Of a stretch of 64,000 bases of DNA, positions 17,570-26,758 are shown one piece after another. The DNA lies in the NCBI GenBank assembly GCA_964351495.1, contig CAYGOC010000001.1, forward strand, positions 129,342 through 193,341, read 5' to 3'. Both the position numbers and the translations under genes were made by a program. The stretch's first letter is position 1. Each line of letters opens with the position of its first letter. Source of the DNA: an uncultured bacterium. Its GTDB lineage: Bacteria; Chlamydiota; Chlamydiia; Chlamydiales; SM23-39. The notes beneath the pieces were generated by a model. It ran no database searches, was not told the origin of the DNA, and saw only the letters and a list, made by a program, of their open reading frames with translations.

Positions 17570-19267
17570 ATGACTCCAACCGGCAGTGTCTCAAGATTTT
17601 ATTATATCGCGTGTTCTGACAATCAGAATTTGGACAGTCTAGCTTTCCCTCCTTATAACATGGAGAGGCATCTAAATCCTTCTTTATCTGTAAAAGAAGA
17701 GTTTTCTATAAAAGAAAGGATAGCTCGTACTATCTATTCCCTTTTCTACTCAAAGGAAATCTTGCCCGAAAATTCTAATTCAGAAGAACTTTCATCCGGG
17801 AATTCTACACAAAAATTGCTGTTAGAAAAAATCCGTTTTGCAAGGAAATTTTTTCAACTAGCAAAAGCACCTTTTAGAGAGATTTTCTATACACTAGAAT
17901 GTTTGTCTTCAAAGTCTTTTGAAAACTCCTCAGAGTCCTTAGAGTTTTTTAAAGAAACCATACTGACTGCCTATGGAGTTGCCTATAAAATGTTAAACGA
18001 CGGTACTTTTGGTGAGCTTCCAATAAAGGAACGCTTAACACTTCTCCGAAAAAAAATGGGTGTGGAGCCTGATGTGAAGCCTGATGTGAAGCCTCCTTCT
18101 CTAGGAGAAAGGGAATTACTTCTTCTTAACAAGATCCCCCTTATTTCAACCCAAAAATCTTTTAATCCTGATGTGATAATAGAGGAACTAAAAAAGGTCC
18201 CTTATCCGGCATTAGAAAAACCAGACATTCCTATGCCCTTTTTTCAGATTTTTTCTGCAGAGCATCCCATAATAGAACCTCTTTCAAAAGCTCTATTAGA
18301 TATTTTTAGCATGCCTAATATCGAAGAATCTAAAGTGGATACAGGAATAAAGAGAAACTTAGAAATCTTTTCAGAAAAAAACCCCGATAGTACTTCTATA
18401 AAAGAGATCTTTCTTTTTTTCATAGATCACCAACATATCTGTAACGTAGAAATAGCTCTAGCTTGCCATTACCTAAAGAAACTCATAGAGAGATTTTTTC
18501 CAGAATATCAAAACACGAAAGTGCCTAGAACATATCTGCTAAAAATGCTTTTCTCTAGTCTTTCTTTATCCGTTAAAGGAAAATCTTCCGCTGAGTTTGA
18601 TCCCCAATTTGTTATAGGGCCTTTTTCTTCTTACCAAATAGAGCTATGGCACAAATCTCTTATAGATGAAAAAAATCAACCTACTACTATCCTGGAAGAT
18701 CACTGGAAAATCGTAGAAGAAGAACCTCTTTTAAGATGGAACAGTCCTATTGTAAGACTTAGCTCAAGGCCCCCTCCTCTTCACGAAGAGATAAGATCCT
18801 TTTTTAAAAAGCTTTTCAGCTCAGAAGAAATTCCCGCCGAAGATCACTTTTTACACCCCTTTATTTCTGATATAAAAAATCCCCCCATCCCAGAAATGAT
18901 TCTCCTTTATTTATCAGCTCTTTCTGTTAGTAAACAAAGTTACTATTTAACCCTGTATGTTCTAAAAAAAGTTTTTCTTAAGGTCTTCTCTACAGAAGAG
19001 ATTTCACCCGGGGATTCTCTTCCAAAAAAAGCGTTTTTCTTTCTGATGTACACGATATTTTATATTACCCTTAAAAAAGTGGATCCTGTTCTGATCCAAT
19101 GGGAAAAACACCACTCTTTACCAAAAGAGACCTTAATAACCCTCTCGAAACGAATATACTCGATTTTGGATTTCAGCCTTCAAATCCCTAGAAAAGAATT
19201 TTTTGAACACCTACCTAATCCTCATAAATATTTTTTCAAGAATCCCCCAGAAGAAAAAAAAGAATAA
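17570..19267 (+). CDS. Hypothetical protein (565 aa)
   Basis: Long uninterrupted ORF with no recognised motif and no TM segment. Contains a 12-nt tandem duplication (EPDVKPDVKP) at 18067-18090. Confidence 0.55.
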   Translation: MTPTGSVSRFYYIACSDNQNLDSLAFPPYNMERHLNPSLSVKEEFSIKERIARTIYSLFYSKEILPENSNSEELSSGNSTQKLLLEKIRFARKFFQLAKAPFREIFYTLECLSSKSFENSSESLEFFKETILTAYGVAYKMLNDGTFGELPIKERLTLLRKKMGVEPDVKPDVKPPSLGERELLLLNKIPLISTQKSFNPDVIIEELKKVPYPALEKPDIPMPFFQIFSAEHPIIEPLSKALLDIFSMPNIEESKVDTGIKRNLEIFSEKNPDSTSIKEIFLFFIDHQHICNVEIALACHYLKKLIERFFPEYQNTKVPRTYLLKMLFSSLSLSVKGKSSAEFDPQFVIGPFSSYQIELWHKSLIDEKNQPTTILEDHWKIVEEEPLLRWNSPIVRLSSRPPPLHEEIRSFFKKLFSSEEIPAEDHFLHPFISDIKNPPIPEMILLYLSALSVSKQSYYLTLYVLKKVFLKVFSTEEISPGDSLPKKAFFFLMYTIFYITLKKVDPVLIQWEKHHSLPKETLITLSKRIYSILDFSLQIPRKEFFEHLPNPHKYFFKNPPEEKKE

Positions 19268-19410
19268 TTTTTGTTCTATTCTCTAGTACAAAAAAAGGGA
19301 AATTAGCTAAAGTTTGACTTGTCTTTATAGATAATTTCTTTATTTATAGGACAAAAAGAAAAAATCTTTTTTTTCTTTTAAGAATAAGTAAAACAAACCA
19401 AGAGGGTTAT

Positions 19411-19617
19411 ATGTCAAAATCAACAGGAACTATTAAATTTTTTAACGCTAAAAAAGGCTTCGGCTTTATCACTCCAGATCAGGGTGGAAAAGAGCTTTTT
19501 GTTCATATCAGCAATGTAGAAGGAGACGTAGAGTCTTTAAGAGAAGGACAAAAAGTAGAATACGTTGAAAAATCTGGTCGAAAAGGCCCGGAAGCTACAG
19601 AAGTAAATCTTGTATAA
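19411..19617 (+). CDS. cspA: Cold-shock protein, CspA family
   Basis: GTIKFFNAKKGFGFITPD (RNP1) and ELFVHIS (RNP2). 68 aa. Confidence 0.95.
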   Translation: MSKSTGTIKFFNAKKGFGFITPDQGGKELFVHISNVEGDVESLREGQKVEYVEKSGRKGPEATEVNLV

Positions 19618-19729
19618 ATTATTTTATACTCATTCTTGAATATAAGTCTTTTGGTTTAATAACTTTAGATTTTTAAGCAGAATAGATTTCTAGAAAAACA
19701 GTTTCACTAGAAGCTTTTTTCCGTTTTCG

Positions 19730-19770
19730 AGTCTCATAACGACTTCAAAAGTCTTATGAGACTTTTTCTT
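19730..19770 (+). terminator. Rho-independent terminator candidate downstream of cspA
   Basis: Perfect 10-bp stem AGTCTCATAA / TTATGAGACT (19730-19739 and 19754-19763) followed by TTTTTCTTTT. The right arm overlaps the last codons and stop of the convergent aroDE. Confidence 0.6.
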
Positions 19771-21094
19771 TTCTCCAAATTTGTTGTTGTTTTTCTGCTT
19801 GTATACGAAAAAATTCCTTCCCGGAAAAAACCTTACAACCCCTCCTTTTTGCTGCTTGAAAAAGAGCTGTTTTTTCTGGCACATAGATGAGGTCTAAAAC
19901 GGTCCAAGAAGGCCTTAATATCTTCTCTTCAAAAAGAAGAGTATGAATGGGAGTTGCTTGAACGAAAAAGACATTTTCCCCTAAATCTAGAGAGGATAAC
20001 TCCGCAAAAGAAAAGGTAAAAAAACCTCTTTTTTGTAACCTTTGCAAGGCCTCTTGATTTCTCCCTATGAAATATACGCTCTTATTTTGCATAAAAAACG
20101 CTTCCCCTAAAGCAATAGAGGCCCCTCCTGTTCCTAAGATGACGACTTTAGAGGCTTTTTTTACTGTGGCAAAAAGAGTCATAGCCGCTTCTACGTCAGT
20201 ATTATACCCCATAAAGTTTTCTTCTTTTCTGGCAAGTGTATTGATAGGAGTCTCTATTTTGCAAAAAAGAGCCGCTTCTTCTTTTAAAGGCCGAGTAATA
20301 CTAAACCCCAAAAAACAGCATTTTGCCTCCTGTAAAAAAGGAAGAAGCTCTTTTTTTTGACACCGAATCTTGAGATAAAGACTATTTTCTCTATTTTCTA
20401 TAAAAGCCTTATTGTGAAACAGATCTCCTTTACTCTTCCAGACAGGGTCTCCTAAAAGAGCGTATAAGGAAGTGTTTTTATCTACTCTAGAAAAACGGCT
20501 CCATTCTTTTACTGTATACTGTCCTAAAAAGGCAGCTTTTTTGTCTTTGGCAAGATAATGAAAATAGTTTTCTAAAAAAGAAGAAATAGAGCGAAGCCAT
20601 CTTCCCCTTTTTCCCATGCCAATTACCACCTTTTTAGCAGAAATACTTTTGGCTAAAGAGATCAGCTGTAACCCTTCTAGGGGAGTTTTTACCTGGCACG
20701 CGATTTTGAGTATATCTGCTCCTTTTTGTCTCATATGAAAAACAATCTCTTCTATGTTGGAGGGAACTTCTTGTAAGTTATGATAAGAAAGGATCCACTT
20801 GATATGAGGAAATTGTTTTTTCATAAGAGAAAAAGAGGGAAAATCTTCCGGAAGATCGCAATAGGTGGGATTTAAAGCCAAATAGGAAAAGGCTTCTTCT
20901 TTTTTTAAAAGGGGGCCCTTTAGGGTGAAAATTAGCGGTTTTACGACTTTTTCCCGAAATCGTTTTAAGGCCTGATAAGAAACTACACCTATGAGATCAA
21001 GCCGCACTTCAAAAGCATCTACTTGTAAAAAATGAGCCTCATAGGACTTCTCTATTTCTTCAACATTAGATCCGAATAAGACTAAGGTGCGCAT
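19754..21094 (-). CDS. aroDE: Bifunctional 3-dehydroquinate dehydratase (type I) / shikimate 5-dehydrogenase
   Basis: N-terminal DAFEVRLD region of type I DHQase, plus a C-terminal Rossmann VVILGTGGASIALG of AroE. This fusion is known in Chlamydiaceae. Confidence 0.85.
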   Translation of the reverse strand: MRTLVLFGSNVEEIEKSYEAHFLQVDAFEVRLDLIGVVSYQALKRFREKVVKPLIFTLKGPLLKKEEAFSYLALNPTYCDLPEDFPSFSLMKKQFPHIKWILSYHNLQEVPSNIEEIVFHMRQKGADILKIACQVKTPLEGLQLISLAKSISAKKVVIGMGKRGRWLRSISSFLENYFHYLAKDKKAAFLGQYTVKEWSRFSRVDKNTSLYALLGDPVWKSKGDLFHNKAFIENRENSLYLKIRCQKKELLPFLQEAKCCFLGFSITRPLKEEAALFCKIETPINTLARKEENFMGYNTDVEAAMTLFATVKKASKVVILGTGGASIALGEAFFMQNKSVYFIGRNQEALQRLQKRGFFTFSFAELSSLDLGENVFFVQATPIHTLLFEEKILRPSWTVLDLIYVPEKTALFQAAKRRGCKVFSGKEFFRIQAEKQQQIWRKEKVS

Positions 21095-22130
21095 GGGTTC
21101 TAAAAAAAAGAAAAAGAGCCTCTTTTATTTTTTCCTCTGTCAAAGAATGAGAAGGAAAAATAGCTTTTCCTCTTTCCTGTAAAGGAATAAAGGCTATCTT
21201 ATCTCCTTTGTTTTTTTTATCAAAGCTAAGAGCTAGCGCTAAAGCGTCTATATCTATTTTTGAAAGAGGTGATAAAAGAGAGAGCTCCTCTAATAAAGAG
21301 GTGATTTTTTCATATTCTTTTTGAGGCAGGAGTCCCTCTTTTACAGAAAAAAAAGCCTCCATTAAAATCCCCCAAGAAACAGCCCTTCCGTGGGGAATTT
21401 CATAATGAAGTAATACTTCTAAACCGTGCGCTATGGTATGCCCCAAGTTTAAAAGTTCTCGTGCTCCCTTTTCTTCTTTATCCCTTGTTACAATCTCTTC
21501 TTTTATAGAAAGACTCTTTTTTACTAAAAAAAGGAGCGTTTTTTCTTCTTTTTGATAGATTTTTTCCTTTAAAAAGAGAAGCTCTTCTAAAAAAGGAAGA
21601 TCTTGTATTAGCCCTTTTTTGACTACTTCTGCCAGCCCTTCTTGTATGTGTTCTTTGCTTAGGGTTTTAAAAAAAAGGGCATCGATTCCTATTTTATGGG
21701 GAAGATAAAAAGAACCGATTCCATTTTTGCTAAAGGGAGTATTCACAGCGGTCTTTCCTCCGAAACAAGCATCTACCATAGCTAAAAGGGTAGTAGGAAT
21801 AGAAATAAAGGCAATGCCCCTTAAAAAAGTGGAGGCTAAAAAACCAACTAGGTCTAACGTAACGCCTCCCCCCATAGCAATTAAAAGATCTTCTTTTTGA
21901 AAAAAACTAGAAAAAAGCCAATTTTCCATTTTTTCTTTCATCTCTCTTGTTTTTGACTTTTCTCCTGGGGGAAAAACATAAATAAGAAGAGATTCTTTTT
22001 TTTGCAGACTCGCTAATCGTTTTTGATACAAATGGTAGATGTTTTCATCACAAAAAAGGGCCTTTTTCCCCTCTCTGTTTTTTATAACTCTATGTAAATA
22101 GGAAAATACATCTCCGAAAAAAAGGGTCAT
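21066..22130 (-). CDS. aroB: 3-dehydroquinate synthase
   Basis: GGGVTLDLVGFLAS, GGKTAVN and NLGHTIAHGLE motifs. Overlaps both neighbouring genes. Confidence 0.9.
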   Translation of the reverse strand: MTLFFGDVFSYLHRVIKNREGKKALFCDENIYHLYQKRLASLQKKESLLIYVFPPGEKSKTREMKEKMENWLFSSFFQKEDLLIAMGGGVTLDLVGFLASTFLRGIAFISIPTTLLAMVDACFGGKTAVNTPFSKNGIGSFYLPHKIGIDALFFKTLSKEHIQEGLAEVVKKGLIQDLPFLEELLFLKEKIYQKEEKTLLFLVKKSLSIKEEIVTRDKEEKGARELLNLGHTIAHGLEVLLHYEIPHGRAVSWGILMEAFFSVKEGLLPQKEYEKITSLLEELSLLSPLSKIDIDALALALSFDKKNKGDKIAFIPLQERGKAIFPSHSLTEEKIKEALFLFFRTHAHLSLIRI

Positions 22131-23215
22131 ACTTTAGCTGCTCTATTCATTAAAATAGCATCAGCTATAGTTAAAGAGACCATAGCTTCTACAACAGGAA
22201 CGGCTCGAATAGCAACGCAAGGATCATGCCTTCCCTCTTTTCCATATGAAAACGTAACTTTTTCTTGTTTTATAAAATCGACACTTTGTTGGGTTTTTTG
22301 AATGCTCGCTGTTGGTTTAAAAAAAACCCTTCCAAAAAGAGGCTCTCCTGTCGTGATTCCGGCTAAAATTCCCCCTGCATGGTTTGTTGTAAAATAGGTC
22401 TTCCCTTCTTTTATGGAAAAAGAATCGTTATTTTCTGATCCTGTTTTTCCTAAAACGGGCTCTCCTATTTCAAAAGCTTTACTAGCAGGAAGACTCATTA
22501 ATGCCTTGGCCAAGTTTGCTTCCATTTTTTCATAAATAGGATCTCCCAACCCTATGGGAAGATTCTCCACAAAAAATTCTACTACTCCTGATACGGAATC
22601 TTTTTCTTCTTGTATTTTTTCCAAAACAGAAGAAGCTCTTTTTTCAAAACTCTCTTCTATGCAAAAAATAGCACTCTTTTCTCTTTTCTGTGCTAGATCG
22701 GAAAAAGAGAAAGGATAAGAAGAAAGACTCTCTTTATGAATCTGTCTTATAAAAGCAATTACAGAGATTTTATAATGAGCTAAGAAAAGCTGCGCCAAAG
22801 CTCCTGCTGCTACTCTAGCTGCAGTTTCTCGAGCAGAGGCTCTTCCCCCTCCTAAATAATCAAAAAGGCCATACTTATGTAAATAGGTAAAGTTAGCATG
22901 GCCTGGTCTATATAGGTTTTGTATTTTTTGATAAGACTCTTTTTGAGCATCTTCATTATAAATTACAATAGCAATAGGCGCCCCTGTAGACACCTGTTCA
23001 AAAACTCCCGATAAAATAGAAAACGTTTCCTTCTCTTTTCTAGGAGAGACAAACGAGGAGGTTCCCGGAGCTCTTCTTTGTAGCTGTTTTTGAATATAAC
23101 TTTCGTCAATAAAAACGCCTGCAGGAAATCCGTCTAAGACAGCTCCAATAGCTTTTCCATGAGATTCTCCAAAAGTGGTTACTTTTAAAAAATTCCCAAA
23201 GTAATTGCTAGCCAT
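22127..23215 (-). CDS. aroC: Chorismate synthase
   Basis: FGESHGKAIGAVLDGFPAG, GGGRASARETAARVAAGA and GRHDPCVAIRAVPV motifs. Confidence 0.96.
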   Translation of the reverse strand: MASNYFGNFLKVTTFGESHGKAIGAVLDGFPAGVFIDESYIQKQLQRRAPGTSSFVSPRKEKETFSILSGVFEQVSTGAPIAIVIYNEDAQKESYQKIQNLYRPGHANFTYLHKYGLFDYLGGGRASARETAARVAAGALAQLFLAHYKISVIAFIRQIHKESLSSYPFSFSDLAQKREKSAIFCIEESFEKRASSVLEKIQEEKDSVSGVVEFFVENLPIGLGDPIYEKMEANLAKALMSLPASKAFEIGEPVLGKTGSENNDSFSIKEGKTYFTTNHAGGILAGITTGEPLFGRVFFKPTASIQKTQQSVDFIKQEKVTFSYGKEGRHDPCVAIRAVPVVEAMVSLTIADAILMNRAAKV

Positions 23216-23759
23216 GAACTAAAGTACCTTCTTGTAAGAGATCTTCTGCTACAAAAAACAAAGAGAGGAGATCCTTTTCCCAATTTCCTGTAATAGAAAC
23301 TTCTCTTTTAGCAAGAGAGTGGTATATTTTCTCCCTTTCTTGAAAAAGCCTTTCAAAACAAGAAAGAGGATCTTCTCCTCCTTGGTAAAACAACGCAGAA
23401 GGGGCCCTCATGCATTTTTCTCGTAAGAATTCTTCAGGAGCATTTAAATAGATGAGAGAGCCTATTTTTTCTAAGAGGGATACATTTTTTTTCTGTAAAA
23501 CACTTCCGCCCCCTAAAGAGATGACCCCTTCTTTCATAGAACGCAAACAAAAAATTACCCTCTCTTCTAGCTTTCGAAAAAAAAACTCTCCTTCTTTCGC
23601 AAAGATTTGAGAAGCGGAAAAAGCATCCCCTGTATCTCTTTCGTAAAAGTCTTCTATCATATGGTCTGTGTCTACAAACTTCCTTTTATACTTTTGCGCA
23701 AGAAGTTTCCCTAAAGTTGTTTTTCCACAATTTTTAAAACCATACAAAATCCAGTTCAT
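23208..23759 (-). CDS. aroK: Shikimate kinase
   Basis: P-loop YGFKNCGKTTLGKLLA, DTD motif and LGGGS. 183 aa. Confidence 0.88.
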   Translation of the reverse strand: MNWILYGFKNCGKTTLGKLLAQKYKRKFVDTDHMIEDFYERDTGDAFSASQIFAKEGEFFFRKLEERVIFCLRSMKEGVISLGGGSVLQKKNVSLLEKIGSLIYLNAPEEFLREKCMRAPSALFYQGGEDPLSCFERLFQEREKIYHSLAKREVSITGNWEKDLLSLFFVAEDLLQEGTLVHG

Positions 23760-25021
23760 ACAATATCCATTTTAGCACCCATTTTTTTTAGATCCTCTAA
23801 AAAATGGGGATAGCTTTTTTTTATACACTCAATTCCTTCTACTTCTGTTTTCCCTTGGGCAAACAGAGCCGCTATAATCAAAGCCATAGCAATTCTATGA
23901 TCTTTGTGAGATTGTAAATTAGCTCCTTGTAATTGAGAAGGAAAACTATACAAAAAATCTTCTCCTACTTCAATTTTAGCGCCCATTTTTCGTAATTCTT
24001 GAGAAATGGCATAAATGCGGTCTGACTCTTTTTGTCTAGCAATTGCCCCATTTTTCAAAAAAACTCCCTCTTTAGTAAAACAGCCTAAAACAGCCATAAT
24101 AGGAAGTGCGTCTATAGCTTCATTTATATCAAATATACCTCCCGTAAGATTTCCTTTTTCTACCACGAACCCCTCTCTTGAGAAGAAACAAGAAGCTCCC
24201 ATTTCTTGCAACCAGGAAAACAGAATTTTATCCCCTTGTTTTTCAGAAAAAGAAAGATTAGAAAAAACAGCTTTCCCTTGAATGGCGCATGCTACTGCAA
24301 AAAAACTAGCAGAACTAAAATCAGCAGAAATAGTGTGGGTAAAAGAGGGATAAACCTTTCCCTTTACCCGAAAGTGAGAAAAGCCTTCTTGCTCATAAAA
24401 AACCCCCATCTTACGAAGCCAAGAAAGGGTCATTTCAACCCAGGGGGTCTCTCCTGGATTTTTTACTACAATTTCTGTTGTCTCTTCTAAAATAGAGGCG
24501 GTTATTAAAAGAGCAGAAACAATCTGAGAATCTTTTCCCTCTACTTCCATTTTTCCTGGGGAAAAAGGCCCTTGTATCCAAATAGGAAAGTGATCTTTCT
24601 CTTGCAGATAAGAATAGCTTGCTCCTCTTTTATGAAGTGCCTCTAAAAGAGTTTTTATAGGTCTTCTTTTTGCAATGGATTCGTCTCCTTGAATAACGAT
24701 TTTTATTGTATCCAATGCACAAAGAGGAGACAAAAACCGGGCTAGAATTCCCGAGTTTCCTGCTTCTATGAAATTCTTAGTAAAATGGGGTTTTCCCGCC
24801 ACTCCTTCGATTTGTAAAGGATTTTCTGAGACGATTTTTGCTCCAAAAGACTCCACCGCTTTTTTCATAAGCTCTACATCAGGGGAAGGAAGAGGCGAAA
24901 ACAACGTGCTTTTTCCTTTAGCCAAAGAGGCAAATAGAATAGCCCTCATTGTTTCTGACTTAGAGGGGGGAACGACAAGTCTTCCCTTTAAAGTAGAAGG
25001 ATATAGGATAACTTTTGTCAT
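23756..25021 (-). CDS. aroA: 3-phosphoshikimate 1-carboxyvinyltransferase (EPSP synthase)
   Basis: LKGRLVVPPSKSETMRAILFASLA N-terminus and DHRIAMAL near the C-terminus. The ORF is open to 25045, but the Met at 25021 (MTKVILYP) fits the family N-terminus. Confidence 0.93.
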   Translation of the reverse strand: MTKVILYPSTLKGRLVVPPSKSETMRAILFASLAKGKSTLFSPLPSPDVELMKKAVESFGAKIVSENPLQIEGVAGKPHFTKNFIEAGNSGILARFLSPLCALDTIKIVIQGDESIAKRRPIKTLLEALHKRGASYSYLQEKDHFPIWIQGPFSPGKMEVEGKDSQIVSALLITASILEETTEIVVKNPGETPWVEMTLSWLRKMGVFYEQEGFSHFRVKGKVYPSFTHTISADFSSASFFAVACAIQGKAVFSNLSFSEKQGDKILFSWLQEMGASCFFSREGFVVEKGNLTGGIFDINEAIDALPIMAVLGCFTKEGVFLKNGAIARQKESDRIYAISQELRKMGAKIEVGEDFLYSFPSQLQGANLQSHKDHRIAMALIIAALFAQGKTEVEGIECIKKSYPHFLEDLKKMGAKMDIV

Positions 25022-25120
25022 AAAAATTTTTTCCCTTCTTCCCATTTGAAAAAGCTGTTATGATCTTCTTATCTATGAAACAATGCAAGATTTTTGATTA
25101 TGTTGAAGGAGCACTCCCCT

Positions 25121-26686
25121 ATGTCTTTACCTAATTATCACGAACAAGAAGATTTTCTGGTCAGAAAAGAAAAACTGAAAGAGATTCGAAAGCTGGGTAT
25201 CAATCCCTATCCTTACCGATATGAACCTACGCTCTCCGCCCAAAAACTCCATGAAATACATGAAGGGGAAAAAGTAGGATCTTCAGAGGAAGCAGAAAAA
25301 GGCGCTACTCAAAAAGAGAAAGTAGCAGGGAGGCTTGTCCTTTTTAGAGCTATGGGAAAAAATGCCTTTGGTCATATCCAAGATAGTTCCGGAAGAATTC
25401 AGGTAATGTTCAACCGAGATCACACAAAAGTAGAGGGATTAGACACAGCAAAAACAGGGGTAACTCCGTTAAAGTTTCTCGAGAAAAAAGTAGACTTAGG
25501 CGACATTTTAGGAATAGAAGGACATCTTTTTACTACTCAAAAAGGAGAACTTACCCTGTTTGCGAAAGAGGTTACTCTTTTAACAAAGACGCTCCTTCCG
25601 CTACCGGACAAACATAGCGGCCTTGCAGACAAAGGAGTTTGTTATAGAAAACGATGGCTCGACTTAATTTCTAATCCAGAGAGCTCTCATCGATTTTTGC
25701 TTCGCTCTAAAATTGTAAAAGTGATTCGCGATTTTATGGATCACTTACAGTTTATGGAAGTAGAAACTCCTATTTTACAAAATATCTATGGAGGAGCAGA
25801 AGCGAGGCCTTTTACTTCCCATTTAAATGCTTTAGATCAAAAAATGTATCTTCGAATCGCCTTAGAAATCTCATTAAAAAAGCTTGTCGTAGGAAACCTT
25901 CAAAGAGTTTATGAAATAGGGAAGATTTTTCGAAATGAAGGAATCGACAGAACCCATAATCCTGAGTTTACCATGTTAGAAGCGTATGCTCCTTATTGGG
26001 ATTATCATGACATGATGCATCTGGTAGAAAACCTCTATGCGGAAATTGCCAAAAAACTGACAGGCTCTACCGAAGTTGCTATTTTGCACCAAGGGGAAGA
26101 GGTTACGATAAGTTTAAAAACTCCTTGGAAGAGACTTTCTATGAAAGAGGCTCTTTTAGAATATGCTAAAGTAGACGTAGATAAGTTATCTATGGGAGAG
26201 CTTATCGATCTTTTAGTAAAGCAGGGAGTGGAAAAAGAAGAAGTAAAGGATCTTCCGAAAGGGTCTTTAATTGCTTTTTGTTTTGAAGAACTTGCGGAAA
26301 AACATTTGATTCAGCCTCATCATATTATAGATCATCCTAAAGAGACTTCTCCTTTAGCAAAAATTCATAGAGATCCCGTTTTACAAGAGGCGGGACTTAT
26401 AGAGCGGTTTGAAAGCTATATCTTAGCCACAGAAATTGCAAACTCCTATTCTGAGTTAAATGATCCAGAACTACAAAGAAGCCTTTTAGAAGACCAGAGC
26501 TTCCTTCTTTCTCAAGGGAAAGAAGAAGCCCATCCTATTGACGAAGAGTTTTTAGAGGCTATCTGCCAAGGAATGCCTCCAACAGCCGGACTTGGCATTG
26601 GAATAGACCGCTTAGTGATGCTTTTTGCTAAGGCTCCCTCCATTCGGGATGTGATTTATTTTCCGCTTATGAAACCGGAAAATTAA
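25121..26686 (+). CDS. lysS: Lysyl-tRNA synthetase, class II
   Basis: OB-fold N-domain, FMEVETPIL (motif 1), FRNEGID..HNPEFTMLE (motif 2) and GLGIGIDRLVML (motif 3). The ATG at 25121 lies 9 nt after AAGGAG; the ORF is open from a TTG at 25094. Confidence 0.95.
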   Translation: MSLPNYHEQEDFLVRKEKLKEIRKLGINPYPYRYEPTLSAQKLHEIHEGEKVGSSEEAEKGATQKEKVAGRLVLFRAMGKNAFGHIQDSSGRIQVMFNRDHTKVEGLDTAKTGVTPLKFLEKKVDLGDILGIEGHLFTTQKGELTLFAKEVTLLTKTLLPLPDKHSGLADKGVCYRKRWLDLISNPESSHRFLLRSKIVKVIRDFMDHLQFMEVETPILQNIYGGAEARPFTSHLNALDQKMYLRIALEISLKKLVVGNLQRVYEIGKIFRNEGIDRTHNPEFTMLEAYAPYWDYHDMMHLVENLYAEIAKKLTGSTEVAILHQGEEVTISLKTPWKRLSMKEALLEYAKVDVDKLSMGELIDLLVKQGVEKEEVKDLPKGSLIAFCFEELAEKHLIQPHHIIDHPKETSPLAKIHRDPVLQEAGLIERFESYILATEIANSYSELNDPELQRSLLEDQSFLLSQGKEEAHPIDEEFLEAICQGMPPTAGLGIGIDRLVMLFAKAPSIRDVIYFPLMKPEN

Positions 26687-26688
26687 CG

Positions 26689-26718
26689 TTGACAAAACTT
26701 TTTATTAACAGCTAGACT
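26689..26718 (+). promoter_or_regulatory. Sigma-70/66-like promoter candidate for the HIT-PTP unit
   Basis: TTGACA (26689-26694), an 18-nt spacer, then TAGACT (26713-26718). A GGAGG Shine-Dalgarno at 26751-26755 precedes the ATG at 26759. Confidence 0.4.
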
Positions 26719-26758
26719 CCCCAGCCTTAATTGCAAAATCGAGCCCCATTGGAGGTTT

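Noticed and set aside
18067-18090. 12-nt tandem duplication (gcctgatgtgaa x2) in the 565-aa ORF
   Set aside because: It is real but trivial, giving a single PDVK duplication. It is noted in the feature evidence and does not merit a separate finding.
19268-19410. Promoter for cspA (TTGACT at about 19314)
   Set aside because: No acceptable -10 hexamer lies at 16-19 nt spacing from the TTGACT, so I could not support a specific promoter call. A long 5' UTR typical of csp genes is likely but unverified.
19754-25021. Shikimate operon aroA-aroK-aroC-aroB-aroDE as a novelty
   Set aside because: The gene content, the overlaps and the aroD-aroE fusion are what I recall as already known for Chlamydiaceae. 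This is an ordinary conserved operon. The DAHP synthase gene simply lies outside the window.
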